From contig OX597814.1 of NCBI GenBank assembly GCA_951406725.2, forward strand, positions 54,622,001-54,686,000: DNA of 64,000 bases. The letters run 5' to 3'. Below the pieces are notes generated by a model. That model saw nothing but the letters and a program-made list of their open reading frames with translations, searched no databases and had not been told where the DNA came from. The stretch comes from Octopus vulgaris. Its lineage: Eukaryota. Shown in pieces: positions 27,274 through 42,045 of this stretch. The position numbers and the translations under genes were made by a program. Each line of letters starts with the position of its first letter. Positions within the stretch are counted from its first letter, which is position 1.

Positions 27274-28871
27274 TTCGTTGTGTTTAAATATTGGGTAAAT
27301 GTATACAGGTATACGGGCCACTGCCAGTATATCTTGAAGAATAAAAACTGTCAAATATGACTGAATTGAGCCTACCACCATGTCTATTAGACAGTAATTA
27401 TAAATGAGATATCAAGAGAGAAGTAACATAATATGAGAACTGAAGTGAACTGAAATTGATGAGTTATTGGATTACTCTTTGAACATCGGTTAAAAGAAGC
27501 CCTAATGACGGAGAATGGTTACTGTTAGGAAGACTAGTTTTAAATATTATAGAATGCAGTCTTTATCAATACCAGAACTGATGCACATACTTCAGCTGTA
27601 ATTCTATAATGGATATTTTTTCTGATTTTTAAGATATGGTGTTAGTAAATTACTAACTCTATTTCTTCAGTAAATTTGGGATGTTTCTGCTGTTCTATTT
27701 TAAATCTTGCATTAAAAACAAGGAATTCTTTTCGAAATATTTTCTTGTTTCAACATGAATTTGTTATTTTGGAATCCAGTTGATTAACATTCTAACATTT
27801 CTTAAATGGCTGCTGGTTCTCATTACCAGAATTACACAAGAATGTTCGCACACATCAAACCCAATAAACTCCAAGTTTTCGCCGTTACGAATATTATACC
27901 AAATAGAAAGATCAGATTTCTATTTTTCTAAGCTTTAGAAAACATTTCATTCTCAGGACATGAACTTTTTCATTTTGAATAAAAATATTATATATGTACA
28001 AAAAATAAAGGCTCTCCACTCAGCAGGAAGTGATTTTTCTCAAAGTCATTTGTGGTGCCAGTGAAGTTAATTATATCTTGGAGTTCAACTTGAACAACGG
28101 ATTTGTCTTTCTTCTGGAGCTTATTTTGAGCTCTCAAAGACACACTGTTAGTTATTATACTGACTTTTGGGGATGATTTGGATTTCTTACTGGCACAAGA
28201 CTGATGACATGGGATGTCGATAATTAAATTGATATTTTAAAATTATTTATAGCTATTTTTTTCATCACAGAAAAAAGAAAGGCAAATTCAACCCTTCGAA
28301 ACAAAATACTGCCTTTTGCTCAGTGACTGAGATTCCAGGCGTATGATGTGTTCTATTTACAGATGATCGTGTTTAACAGGTGAGACCACAGGCAATAACA
28401 TTTATACAAATGGTATAGACACATATGACGCATAATGACCTACACGTGTATGTGAACACTATAGCTATTGTGTTGCAATATTTAATCCAAAACGCCCTCA
28501 GTGGTGCTAGAGGGACAATACTCAATGATAAATTACTTGAAAAATTTAGCATATTTCAGTCGTTCCACTTCGATGCTTCAATTACAACTCATCGTTAGAA
28601 CTACAATTATCCTATTATTTCCATTGTACCACCTGAAGATTACATTATTATGAGTATAGTAACATAGTAAAACAGTCTTGCGTTGCAACCGGGTTTAATT
28701 ATAGAACTCATCGCTTGAAACCATTCACTTATAGGTAGATAGAATTAATGCTTTGTATACTGAAGAACGATGTCCCTGGGATTATTATATATATAAATAT
28801 TATTTTTTTAGGGAATAAAAATTCCGGCATAACAGAGGTTCAAATTATTCTCAATGAAGAAATATATTTTA

Positions 28872-28946
<75 letters not shown>

Positions 28947-29131
28947 CATATACATATATATAACCAAATGAATAACTGCCGATGGATAATTGTCTCTGTA
29001 CACAGCCAGAATATCATCTTTGATATTTATCAACCATAAGTGGTGACCACAGGTTTATCCAACCCTACTTTGTGCATATCTTTTCAAGTACCTGATTCTA
29101 TCTGAATCCATTTATATATATATATATATAA

Positions 29132-29596
29132 AAACATAAAGGTGTCAGATCTTGTTTACACGTGGTTGTAGATATTTAAGAAAGAAAAATATGTAAAAAC
29201 GCACGGGAGATTTGTATGATAAAATTTATGCAAATATTAAGAACATAATGAAACAAAGAGTTGTATTACAACATTATATAATAAACTGGGAGTACCGGTT
29301 TCGCGTCTTACGTTTATCAAACCTCCAAGGGCTCAGATTTCAGTGCTGAGAGAATTTTTGTTAAATCATAGGGACGCCATTTTTGTTGTTGACAATAATT
29401 TTTGCAGTCAAAGGGGTGTAGCTCTTTCATTTTTCTGAAGGTAATTTGATTGCAAAAATTATTGTCAACAACAAAACTGGCGTCCCCATGATTTAACAAA
29501 AATTCTCTCTGCACTGAAATCTGAGCCCTTATGATCTTAATATTAGCATACATTTTATTATACAAACCTCCTGTGCGTTTTTACATATTTTCTTAA

Positions 29597-29600
<4 letters not shown>
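29132..29600. mobile_element. Fold-back cassette with two nested inverted repeats and a decayed hammerhead, in (TA)n
   Basis: Outer arms ~29172-29248 / 29529-29600 and inner arms ~29327-29412 / 29445-29530, both imperfect; flanked by (TA)n. Confidence 0.65.
29289..29326 (-). ncRNA. Degenerate hammerhead ribozyme
   Basis: Minus strand GGAG-GU-UUGAUAA-ACGU-AAG-ACGC-GAAA-CCG-GUA-CUCC. Stem I GGAG/CUCC and palindromic ACCGGU are present; the core has decayed from CUGAUGA. Confidence 0.55.
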
Positions 29601-29628
<28 letters not shown>

Positions 29629-29629
<1 letters not shown>

Positions 29630-29970
29630 GAGGCGCAATGGCCCAGTGGTTAGGGCAGCGGACTCGCAGTCATAGGATCGCGGTTTCGATTCCCAGCCCG
29701 GGCGTTGTGAGTGTTTATTGAGCGAAAACACCTAAAGCTCCACGAGGCTCCGGCAGGGGATGGTGGTGATCCCTGCTGTACTCTTTCACCACAACCTTCT
29801 CTCACTCTTACTTCCTGTTTCTGTTGTACCTGTATTTCAAAGGGCCGGCCTTGTCACTCTCTGTGTCACGCTGAATATCCCCGAGAACTACGTTAAGGGT
29901 ACACGTGTCTGTGGAGTACTCAGCCACTTACACGTTAATTTCACTAGCAGGCTGTTCCGTTGATTCGGAG
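29629..29970 (+). mobile_element. tRNA-derived SINE (family 1)
   Basis: tRNA-like head with A box TGGCCCAGTGG and B box GGTTTCGATTCC, followed by a ~270-bp unrelated body; inserted in (GT)n. Confidence 0.85.
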
Positions 29971-29987
29971 TGCTTCCATATATATGT

Positions 29988-30029
<42 letters not shown>

Positions 30030-31790
30030 CTTTACACAGTCATACATGTACACAACGTTCATTCCTGTGATTATTACAGAGGAAAGAAATGACTTAGACT
30101 ACGAGTTACATTTCAACAATCTGAGATCACGAAGCAGTTTCCACCTACAATCTTTAAAGTAAATTCACTTAAATTGTTTTGTTACTACTTTTTAAAGAAA
30201 ATCATAACATCCACAGATCTGATTTCTCTTTCCTTAAAATATAAAGCATTTTGCCTCATCCTCTAGAAAAGAAGATGGCAAATCAGTGTCACTTTCTGAG
30301 TGCCAGATAGAATGCCTTGCAATATTTGCTTCGGTTCTCTGCGCTCTGAACTAAAATCGTGCCGAGGTCAGTTTTACTTTTATCCTTATGAAATAATATA
30401 CAAGTACTGTAATCGATTTCCCCCTTTCCTTGTCTCTTTCTCAATCTTGGAACTGAATACATTGCATTGTGGGAAGGTTCGTAAGGGACTGCATACCATG
30501 TTCTTTTTTTAGAAACGCAAAAGAGGTAGAGTGAAGGACTAGAAAAATTTTATACAAAAACCGATATTACATTGAAACATCCAAGGACTGACTAATGTGT
30601 AATACAGGCATGGAATGGTATTAAAAAGTAAATAAAATATTCTGAATTTGAGACTGGTTAGTTTATTCAAAACATCAAATACTTTTATCATCCTCGTATC
30701 TCTTCCAAGAGTTTTACGACTTACTTGAATATTGAAGGTAAGTGCGTTTAGAATAGATGTTTGCTTATCCCATTATCATTCATGCTTTTCTTTTATATTT
30801 CTATATTTTAGGATAGCTGTGTGCTCAAAAGGGTAGCGTGCTGGATTAAATACATTTCTCATTATTTAGTTATGTCCCTTCGTAAAATTTAGTTACGTTG
30901 TCGTTTAAATACCCATTAATAAGAGTTAGGAATTCTTGATTGAGAAGAGTTATTATCATACATGCCAGCTGTAAGTATACTGTCTTTCATTTAGACATAA
31001 TAGATCTAGAGCCACATTGTTCAGTGTGTTTTTTCCTAAGACAACAGATGTGATTTGAAGGAGATTTGAGATGTGATTACTGTTCTTAGCAGGTTAGGTG
31101 ATTGCATAGAGATTGCCAATGTAGCTCGAGAAATTTGTGACGTTGTACTAATATGGAAACTTGAAAATTACTTGGTTAGTAGGCACTCTTTTTAGGAATT
31201 ACATGGTTCTTGAAAGGGTTGACAGACTAATGGTAAATTTAATGTATCTTAAATATCGTAATTTGCACAAGTGAACAGATAGCATTCTATTAGAAGAAAC
31301 ATTTTATTTCTCGTACGAAATACTGCTGACATGTTTTAATATATTTGGATAATATATTCTAAGTGCGATACTGATTGAATATGAACGCTTTATTTTTCGT
31401 TTGTAATCTAATTTTTTTTTGCCTTTTTTGACAAATATAAGCATTTGAGTGAATCTAGGACAGTTACGTAACTGAATCAAAGATGAGACATAAGAAGAAA
31501 TATTATTTCTTATATTATTCCAAATGTTATTTAAAATTTTTTTCTACTATACTGAAACAAATTTTACAGACAATATTTCACAGACAGATGGTATCTTTTA
31601 TTATTATTTGGTCGAGCATTGTACGATTCCAGTTAAAAATGGGTGTGTTTTAAGTTTTTCAAAAATCTTTACATTGCAAAACACCCACTGTGAAATTTGA
31701 GCTCCACCTCCAGTAAAATTGTATCTTTTAAACACGACACAATAACAACAAACTCAACAAGACTGCATTCAGTATGAAAACAGCGTGAAG

Positions 31791-31793
<3 letters not shown>

Positions 31794-31842
<49 letters not shown>

Positions 31843-32007
31843 ATATATATGTGTGTGTGTGTGTTATTGTGTGTGTATGTGTGTACATGTATATATATAT
31901 TTATACATATACACATATATATATATACATACACAAATGTATACATACATTTATATATGCATACATCTATAAATATACAAATGTATATTGATTTATATAT
32001 GCATATG

Positions 32008-32102
<95 letters not shown>

Positions 32103-32105
32103 ATA
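31794..32105. repeat. Compound TA/TG microsatellite
   Basis: Direct reading. Confidence 0.95.
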
Positions 32106-34066
32106 CACGCATGGTCTTATTTTAAAGGAAAGAAACTAACTTTAAAAATTAGTCATTATTTTCCGAGACGTCGTGAGATATCAGTATTTATAAACGAACG
32201 AGGAGTAACTAGTATATATAGAATCAAAGGTATCTTCAAATTGAAAATGCCAACTCTTAGTAATATGCCTTGTTTAACTTAGGTTCGACATATTAATATA
32301 ATTCTGCTATATATTACCGCAAGAGCTGTATGGAATCGTCACTTTAAAATTTCATGGATTGAAAAAATCAGCGATTCTAAGATTCAATAAGCTAAGCTTT
32401 TAACAATTGAAGTATATAATCCCTTCCTTAATCTAAATTGGTAGGAGTGATATGAAGGTGATTTAACCACTATTTCTGTAGAGACCATGTAGAAATGTCG
32501 GCGTTGGCATCAGATATTTTTGGGACATCTTTTATTTACAAAGAAAAATTTCTTCATTTTTTAGTATCAGATTGTAGTGGAATGTGTACATCATTCATTA
32601 TATCACTTGTAATTTTCATAAGTAAATAGAAATGCCGCTGTCTGAACCTCAGGATTTCATGAACCTACGAAGAAAACCTTTCTATTGTGTCCATATTTAT
32701 GCACACTCCCCTTTCTCTCTTTCTTTGATCTTTGTTAGACATTGCTGTTCTTTCAGACTCGTGGATAGAAAGTAGCCTGTTGTTTGTATGTCGATGGTGG
32801 TGTGCCATTGCTTTGGTGAGTCAATACCATGTTAATCCTCCCGTCCAACTTATCTATTAGAAGATCTAATATTTGCTAGCAACATTTGTAGAGGAACTTC
32901 GTAACGAGAAGGCTTCATCTTGTTTGTCTTGGCTTTTTGTAATAGCTGGTGATGCAAACTCAAACGTGTAGTTTGAATCAAATTGAATTTCAGATTTTTT
33001 TCAAAATTCAGCGATTTATTTCTGCTTCTCCGACATAAATACGTATTTATGACATAAATATATTAAACATAAATATATGACATAAATATATTAAATGCAG
33101 GAACAATGGATGTACACAGGAATTTCACATATAATCTCCATAATCTTCTGTTCTGATGGTCATCTCAGGTATATGCTTTAACTTTATGTTTGTTCAGCTG
33201 CTTTAACAGTGCAATGAAGATATAGAATTTTCTCTGCTAGAAATCTACTCAGAATCAAATTACGAAATTAGAAACACACTGCAACGCCCGCTGCAGATAT
33301 AAATTCAGACATCCCTAATTTATATTCATATGCCTTATCCAGTCAGCTCTTTAACATAAAATGATTGACCTCTATGCGAATAGCAGGTAATCCTTATTTC
33401 GGTGTTTATGTCTGTATTTCATAAGTATATGCGATATGAATATATTATATATGGTGTATTTCTAGCTAGAAGCATTCCCATAAGATCTGATATTTTTCTT
33501 GGTGAACCGAAACACGTTAAAACAGAATACTATCAGCAGCAACAGGAGCCAACGAAAGAGGCTTCCCTGCAGTCACTTGGCGTGTTTGAAATGTTAGAAA
33601 TAAGAGCTGCACATCCAACTGTCAAAGAACACCGCAGTGAACGTATGTTTATAAAAAATGGTCATAGCTTGGAATTAAACAACAAAAAAAACCAATAGAA
33701 GTGGTAGCAGCAATAAAATCAACAGCAATAATTCACGGTCCGTATGATTGTAGTGCAATACTTTAACAGATCAGTTATTTCATCTTTGATGAAAATAATT
33801 ATTGGTACATATTTCTTTCAAAAAGAAAGCTAACTTGAAAATAGATTAAGAGTAGAAGTGGTAACAGGTGGTCTTTAAAACACTTTTAATCAGCTGGGTC
33901 ACTGATTCCTCCTTTTGATTAAGGAAGGGATGTTGTTTAACATTATTTGGCCTCAAGGGAGGTACATATGTAAAGTATCTGATACGTTTCCGCCTACATT
34001 TCTAAGTATTCTTATTCTTATTATTCACATCAGCATAATTATTATCACCCCACTACCAACACTACC

Positions 34067-34067
<1 letters not shown>

Positions 34068-34161
<94 letters not shown>

Positions 34162-34178
34162 CATTATTATTATTATTA
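34068..34178. repeat. (TTA)n microsatellite
   Basis: Direct reading. Confidence 0.97.
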
Positions 34179-34735
34179 AAAAAACCCAATAAACAAATAT
34201 ATGAACCGTCCTCCCATTAAATTAGAATATATTCATTACTATTTACACTATAACGAAACTACAACTGTACATAGGATCCGATACTGTGTAAATATTTTGG
34301 CAAGCAGATATAAGGTAGCCAACAGAAACTCAAAGGAAATGTATTCTGTGAAGCAAGGAGCAGAGTAATCGTATCACACTACATTTAAACCAGACACCAT
34401 GAACAGCGAACGATGTTTATATATGATGCAGCGATCTGTGATACGAGGGAAACAGGGAGGAAGTGCTATATGTTATATATATTTGTTAATACATATATTA
34501 CATTATATTAATAGAGGCCTTAGTGGTTGTATATTTATAATAGAAATACCATAAAAATAAATACATAAAATATTGATTCCCAACCGAGATTTGAGATTAT
34601 ATGAATCCATACATTTCTCAAAAATTTTTAACCATTAAAAAAACACAACACCAATTTATTGGCAGTGGGAAAACAATTTACTACTCAGACTCTGCTAAAT
34701 AGGAGTTTAATTATTTCTCTGTAGTACTTGTCCTA

Positions 34736-34780
34736 TGTTTCACTGATGAGGTCAGGATAAGATCAAAGCATACTCAGAGT
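34736..34780 (+). ncRNA. Degenerate hammerhead-like motif
   Basis: CUGAUGA-GGUC-AGGAUAA-GAUC-AAAG-CAUAC-UC-AGAGU. The CUGAUGA box and stem II are present; GAAA and stems I/III have decayed. Confidence 0.4.
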
Positions 34781-37700
34781 CGTCTTTCGCAGTTACTAGT
34801 GAAAAATGAAAATAATATTAGTAATTCACTAATATTGACTTTTCATCATAGTATATTTATTTCTAGTAAGTTTTTTAATGCTCTCTGCTACTTTCACGAA
34901 GTATTTTACTAACTTAGCTATTGTCTTTTTTACGTAGATAGTATCTTTGAATTGACTGTTCTCTAAAGAATTCTATTTTCCTTTGCCAATAAATGAACAA
35001 CCTTGTACTGTCACTTAATGACTTTCTCGTCTTTACTTAGGCTCGTACAATGAAGGCTTTGTTTAGCTGATGCGATCAAAGCATGACAAAATGGTGTTTA
35101 GCATTTGCTGGAAAAGTGAAACATAATAGTAATTTTGTTTACTGTATAATTGTTTCAACTTAGGTCATTACCAAATGTGTTAGAACTGTACATTGTTAAT
35201 ATATTTATTGATATTACATATAAATTTAAGAGACATTTAATTTCTTGTAGAAATATTAGAAATCAGTTTCAGTAGGCTATCACTCTCTTGTTTTAAGGAT
35301 CTGCAGTTAAAATCTCAACATAGGCTCTGTGAAGTGCCCCAGCCACAAACTTGTCCTAGTTGAAGGCACGCCCAGGGAATATTTCATTTAATCACCCTAA
35401 GTGGCAGAAATACAATATAAATGGTCGAGGTTCATTAATTTACAATATGATAGTTAACATCCAAACCCGGAGAATATTTATACCAAGAAATTACTATTTT
35501 CAGGGAAAGTTTTTGCAACAACCAGTTTACGGTAAATGAAGACTATATAAATAAAGTTAATGCGAAAAAATACATCAGACTGACTTTAAGTAAAAAATTT
35601 ACATAACTGATGTTATTTGAACACATTAGTAATGTGCCGACTAATGACATTGACACAAAAGGGAATGTGGAGCAAAAACATATAACAAATTTAATGCTTT
35701 GGTTAGGGTAATTTTTATGTATTTGATGCATTTACTAAACTCCATGTATTCAGTTACAAATGTCACTGTGTCCTGGTTGGTAAGATGCTAGATTGGTTGT
35801 ATTCGGTGAGGAATTAAAATAGAATAGAGAATGGAATTGGCTATGCAGTAGCAGATATGATGACAATTGCTTCATAAATAGGTCCACACACGCACAAAGA
35901 CACGCTCACTGATATTTACACACAAAACCAGATTCACACCAACCCCCCACACATATCAATGCAATCTGTCTGCGATTCGGTGATGTTATTTATAGTCTTC
36001 GTGCATTTATGCAATAATATCAATAAATACATAGAAGGCCCTTTTACATTTAAACAAACATAAATAGACACATATGTTTCTGTAGATATTTATAAAAACA
36101 CATGCATATATATACACATATATTACATACACACAGTTATACGTTTATATGTACAGACGAAAGGAAACAGCACCCATTATATTGCTTTATATCTAATGCT
36201 AAACTGTTGATAAATAATCAGTATATCATTCAAGGTTTTATCACGCGAAAATATGCATGTGATCTTTCATATGTCTTTTATGACGGAATGTGTTAAATGC
36301 AAATTGCTTCTAAAAGCATTGGTAATGGTGATTAGCAAGGTAGATCAAAGAAGGTAACATAGTCGAAAATATTTTAGGCTACTACTTCGTAAGGGAGACG
36401 ACGCAGCTGAAGTATATTTTCAACAACGGTGGCTAATTTGCGCGGCAGAAAGTTGAGGATTTTGCGAATCATTTGAATCAGCGTGCTACTCTGATGAAAA
36501 TTCCTTAAGGACAATGTTTGCCTTCCTTATCTAATAGTTCAACTTTAGGTCTGCAAACAAGAGAGAGAATTTAAAATGTAAAACGGCTCCTGTCAAATCA
36601 AAGGTTTTGAGCATTTCGAATCCGACTTAATCAAACCGATTAAAGAGGCATGCTATTTACATACAACCAATACCTTCCTAAATATCTTGAACAACAAAAG
36701 ACATCTTTCATAATGTGAGCATCTTTACACTTGCAACATCTAATAATTACTTACAGAAAAATCAAATAGAACAAGCTTCAAACTATCCTTGGACAGAGGA
36801 ATTTCTGATAGGATAGAACCTTTCTTATACCATAGTGCGAGCCAGGAATAGCTTCTGTGAAAAGCTATTTTATTCAAAGAACATTTTAATAAATTAAAAT
36901 AGAGGAAAAAAATAATCTGATTACCGTTCACGCTAATTTAAATATTTCTATGGACATAAATTCCACAAGATTTTCAATGTACACAATGTTAAGGATAACT
37001 ATTCTTGTCTAGACATTACTTTCATCAGCACACATTACCATCGAAGACTGCTCCACAGCCTCAAAACTCATCTTGCAACTATTGAAACAATTGATTTGAC
37101 CACCTAAAGGAGTTATATTTGGCATAAGTTATTCAACATACTACAGAATTATACGAGGCTCACTGCCATCGATTTCAAGGATGTTATAATCCTCACCTGC
37201 ATTCCTATCTCTATTCATGTAGAAACTCCGGGATCATGGATCCTCCAACTATAAATTGGAGTATTGCTGACAAAGCTACACCATATTATGTAAATTTTTA
37301 TTTTTATATCAGAGAAGTTAAAGAAACTGAAACAATGCAATTTATCCTTTAGTAGAAAAACTGGATTTGTCTAACTGTCGTCAAGGGTGGAGGTTTCCTC
37401 TAGACTATTTCCAGTTGGTTGAACACCAAGCCAAGTTTCTTGTACAGGAGTCATGTTTTGAAAATTTATCCTGTATCCTTCTATATAATATATATTTAAT
37501 TATTCAAATTTTAGTTCCTAACATCCTTAAGTTTTGACTAGTTCAATCATTTAAGAATTTTATTTTCATATTCCTAACTAATATGTTGTTTCCGTTGATT
37601 GCGTTTTAAATTAAGTTTTAAAATGAAAGCAAAATGTCCTGAATTATGACTACGAACAAAATATCATTACAGTGATGCTCGAATATGTGATCACGCTATT

Positions 37701-38006
37701 ACATATATAGTTTGAAGAGAAAAGAAGAGAATGGTAAATGTACGTTTTAATGGCTCATAAAAATAAAATTTTAGCAAATGTAAATCAAAAGTCAGGAAGC
37801 TGTTAATACGGATGTCTGTACTCCAGAGATCTTTACATTTCTTAAATAAAAGAGCAACTTGTTAAGATTATCACTTAATGTAGTTGATATAAAAAAAAAA
37901 AAACAGATTCCAGAAATAGAGAAGTTTTAGTTACATCTTTCTATATTGTTATCGGATAAATTAGATAACAAAATACACCTAGAATGTTTAGTTGTTTGAA
38001 TCTGCT

Positions 38007-38165
<159 letters not shown>

Positions 38166-38169
38166 CCGT

Positions 38170-39100
38170 TCTCTTCTGGAGAATATTTAGGTTGGGTATC
38201 ACGGACAATTTCCAAAAATCTCTAGCTTGGCATTGCTATTACAAGGAGCTTTGTCTATTTGGGATTAATTGTATAGATACAGTTTTGTAATGCCTATTTG
38301 TTGGTAGCCAATTTAATTGCTTCCCCAGCAAACTTCCATATTCTGCCGTTACTAATGAATTCTTCCCCCATAACATTAATATCGTAATTTCTGCATTGCA
38401 TTCTTTTTGTGGTTTCTGGTAGGAATGCTTTGATCATGTGTCACAATCAAGAATCCTTCCGGCTCATCTTTCTCCTCTTCACTTTTCAGCAAGTACTGCG
38501 ATTTTTTTGTTTATTTCTATTCTGTTCATTGTTGACTTTTTTTTATTGGTCATCTAGAGGATTGTCTTGTCTTTGTTTTATAATGGCGTTATGTACCTCC
38601 ACCTTGCTCAGTAATTTCTTTTTTTTTTTTTTTTTTTTTTTTTACAATTTTTGTTGTTTTTTCAGCTTTCTCCTTTCAATTGTCTGTCTTTTAGGCCACT
38701 GTTTTGTATTCGTGGATTTCCTTTAAAACCGAAAACAATATTTAGTTTTGTTCCTATTTTGCAGTTCTTTCTATTAATTTTCTATTCTTTTCCGTTAATC
38801 TTTGTAGTCCCACAGTGAATACTTTACACTGTTGCTTTTCTGTACCAGCATGCTACATTCACCTACATTGAGAATCTACTTGGTTTCTATCTATCTTGGC
38901 TTTTATCCAATTAGTCCTTAATGTTTTGATTTTGTGCAGCTACTAACAAACTTTCTGTCTTCCTTTTCAGCTTTCCTTTCTGCAACCATAACCATGTCTC
39001 ACTACTACTCTTTACTGCAACTATCTTTGGGAATCTACCATGCAAGGCCTTCTGCCAATCAGATAATTTCTGTTCTTTTTTCTGATTTTTAACTTCATTA
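38170..39100 (-). mobile_element. R4/Dong-clade LINE internal fragments
   Basis: WQKALHGRF...TWLWLQKGKLKRKTESLLVAAQNQ (38911-39100) is the conserved post-RT segment of R4/Dong ORFs; further decayed sequence extends to ~38170. Confidence 0.7.
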
Positions 39101-39104
39101 ATTA

Positions 39105-39620
39105 TTATTGTTATTATTATTTTTTCTTTATCACATGTTTTGTTGGAGCTCCTGGAGTCTCGCATGCGTAGCGGGCTTACTTACCTGCAGCCTACGGCAT
39201 CATGCTATTCGTTCTTTTCAGCTATCTTATATTTTCCTGATTATTCTGGCCGTGCCAAGGAGGTAAACCTTTTGTAACAGTTCTGCTGGTTACTCTATTC
39301 CAATTTCCTTTATATTCCTCTCGATGCCTTCTGATACTGTTCCCAAGAACCCATCAATAATTGGCAACATCTTCACCTTCTTCATTTTCTATAACCGAGC
39401 TATTTCGTACTTAAAAGGGTTGTATCTATCTATCTTTTCGCCTTCTGTCTTGACTATTCGTAGATCAAAGGAGCATGCAACATTAACTATATTGCATATG
39501 TGGTACACCTTGTCCACAACCACTAGGTCCTGTATGTTATGCTCTAACGACTGATCTGTTTGGATTGGGATCCTAGAGGATTTTGCTAGTCTCCGACTCC
39601 TCCCCTCATCGGTTGCTCTT
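39105..39620 (-). mobile_element. R4/Dong-clade LINE 3' end (restriction-like endonuclease)
   Basis: KIL*D.PIQTDQSLEHNIQDLVVVDK..C..VNVACSFD.RI..EGEKIDRY..FKYEIARL..LPII.GFLGTV, followed by a (TAA)n-like tail. Confidence 0.8.
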
Positions 39621-39634
39621 GTGGCAAATAAATG

Positions 39635-39683
<49 letters not shown>

Positions 39684-39835
39684 TATTAGTATTATTCCAG
39701 TGCTACAATTAATTAAAGCACAGGAAATGCATGGTCATTACATTGCTATATTATCGCTCCAAGCATTCCTTGTGCTAAATCTCCGACTTTATGCTAATGC
39801 ATAAGATTATTGTTTTATTACTAAGGCATTGGTTA

Positions 39836-40030
39836 AGACGACGAGCTGGCAGAATCCTTAGCACGTTGGACAAAATGCTCAGCGGTATTTCTCCTGGCAT
39901 TACGTTCTGAGTTCAAATACTGCAAAAGTCAGTTTTGCCCTTCATCCTTTCGCAGTGGAGCACTGGGGTCGATGTAATTGACTAACACCTTCCCCCCAAA
40001 CCGCTGGCCTGATGCCTACAGTGGAAGTTA
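39836..40030 (+). mobile_element. SINE family 3
   Basis: GAGCTGGCAGAATCCTTAGC...GAGTTCAAAT...TTCATCCTTTCG...CACTGGGGTCGATGTAAT. Confidence 0.8.
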
Positions 40031-40109
40031 TTATCATTATATTAGTCACGTATCGGGTCGATGTATCCCCTATCCCCAAATTTCTGGCCTTATAGCTCAA
40101 TTAGAAACA

Positions 40110-40335
<226 letters not shown>

Positions 40336-40339
40336 GTGC

Positions 40340-40790
40340 AGTGTTTTGGCTTTGTATTGCATTCATTGTGCTCTACATAATATATATGCTGTGCCTAGTA
40401 TTGCTATTTTATGCATGTTGTGCACATTTGTAAGTCAATGGAATTTGTTTTATATATTTGTTTCCAAGTGTTTCAATCATTCCCAAGGCAACTATTATGA
40501 TAGGGATTGCTTCTGTTTTTAAACCTGACTTTAGTGTCAACTTTGTTTCCAGATCTTTCTATTTGAATAATTGTCTGTTCCTTTTAGAGATACATTGTCG
40601 TCTGCTGGGACTGATACTAAAATTAGGAGATGAATTTCCTTTCCTTTTGATTTTGAGAACAATATCCGGATGGTTAACCTTGAACCTCATGTCTGCGTAG
40701 GTTGGCATTTCCCAGAACACGTTTGCATAATCATTCTCTGAGATATTTTTGGTGATTGTTTATACGATCTCTTTTCTGTCGGTTTTTCAT
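40340..40790 (-). mobile_element. Second R4/Dong-clade LINE 3' end
   Basis: WEMPTYAD..KVNHPDIVL...VSVPADDNVSLK...KDLE..KTEAIPIIIVALGMI...KIAILGTAYIL, running into a trinucleotide tail at 40110-40335. Confidence 0.75.
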
Positions 40791-40792
40791 AT

Positions 40793-40839
<47 letters not shown>

Positions 40840-40869
40840 CATCATCATCATCATCATCATCATCATTTT

Positions 40870-42010
40870 GTAGTGTTGTTTGTAGTGAATGTTTTTCTGT
40901 TGGTGTTAAAGTATCATCCAATATTGTTCTTTTTTAATGTCCCTGTTCAATAGTTTAGTATTCAATTTAAAAATTCTTGTGAATAAAAAAAAAAAATCAC
41001 GTTTTGTCGAACGTCACAACTTGCATGATTTTGCTGATATGATTCGCGAAATGCTTTACTTTTACTTCAAGGGTGTCTTTTTTCATTAATATGCTTTTCA
41101 GTTATTGAGCTTCATTTTGCTTTTTCGGCGTAGATTCCATTTTTTCCAGTTCGCTAAGCAAGATCATGTCTTCCTTTTATTTATTCTGTTTTATGTAGTA
41201 GGGATCTTTTGCATTTTATGAGAAAGGGTGTGGCTGAATGTGTGTTGGGGGCCATATGTACGCACGCATGATTGCTTGTGTGTGTATGAAGGTGATGGGG
41301 TCCTCACTTTATTTGAAACAAATCCCATTTCCTTCGCTACTACCACTCCCACTGAATTGATTAAAAATTTCTGTCTGTTGATATGTGTGTGCTTTATTTC
41401 CATGAACAGAATTCCTGGCAAAATCCTGTTACATCGATTCACTCTTTCAGGAAACTGTTTGTTCATGTGTAGCTTGAGTAAGTGTTTACATCGAGCCATG
41501 TTCATAAATATTGTTGTCTTCTATAATTTTCTCAGTGTCAACTCTAGTTTATCTATGTGTATTTCCTTTATTCAGTTTGTTTATAATCGTGGGTTCGAAG
41601 GGATATTTTTATCGTAACCAGGTATTTGTTTGAACGATACTATGGGGAATTCTGTGATCTTCAGCAAAATTTGGACTTTAGTTTTATTCTGTATTTGCTT
41701 TTGATGTTTGTGCGGTGGCTTTGCAGTTTTTCACTAACTTTTTAGGATTCACTAACTATGTGTTGAAGCTTCCATTGTGTTGCTCTCTTTCTTATGTGAA
41801 TTCTTATGCGCTTTGTGGGACCTGTTTTCTTGTAGGTCTTCTTTTCAATATGTACTTCGTTTTTATTTTATTTCTAGTGTGTACAGTTTTATAAGTTGTT
41901 CCCTCTTTCGCTACTGTGTTCACACTGATATTTTCCCGTATTTTATCGTTTTTGTTTCTTCTCTATGTCTCGCACATCTTATTGAGTGTGCTTGCATGTG
42001 CCAGATATAC
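40870..42010 (-). mobile_element. Probable decayed LINE (R4/Dong-like) body
   Basis: A-rich minus strand continuous with the neighbouring Dong fragments; motifs are highly eroded. Confidence 0.35.
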
Positions 42011-42045
42011 TGTTGATGTTCATAAGAATGTAATTTTTCTTTTCT

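Noticed and set aside
29629-29705. tRNA gene
   Set aside because: A and B boxes are present, but there is no proper acceptor stem or terminator and the sequence continues into a SINE body.
36752-36851. Minus-strand exon-like segment (SYSWLALWYKKGS...) with good splice sites
   Set aside because: Phase 2-0 does not fit between the phase-0 CAP exons, and it has no Cys or clear domain similarity.
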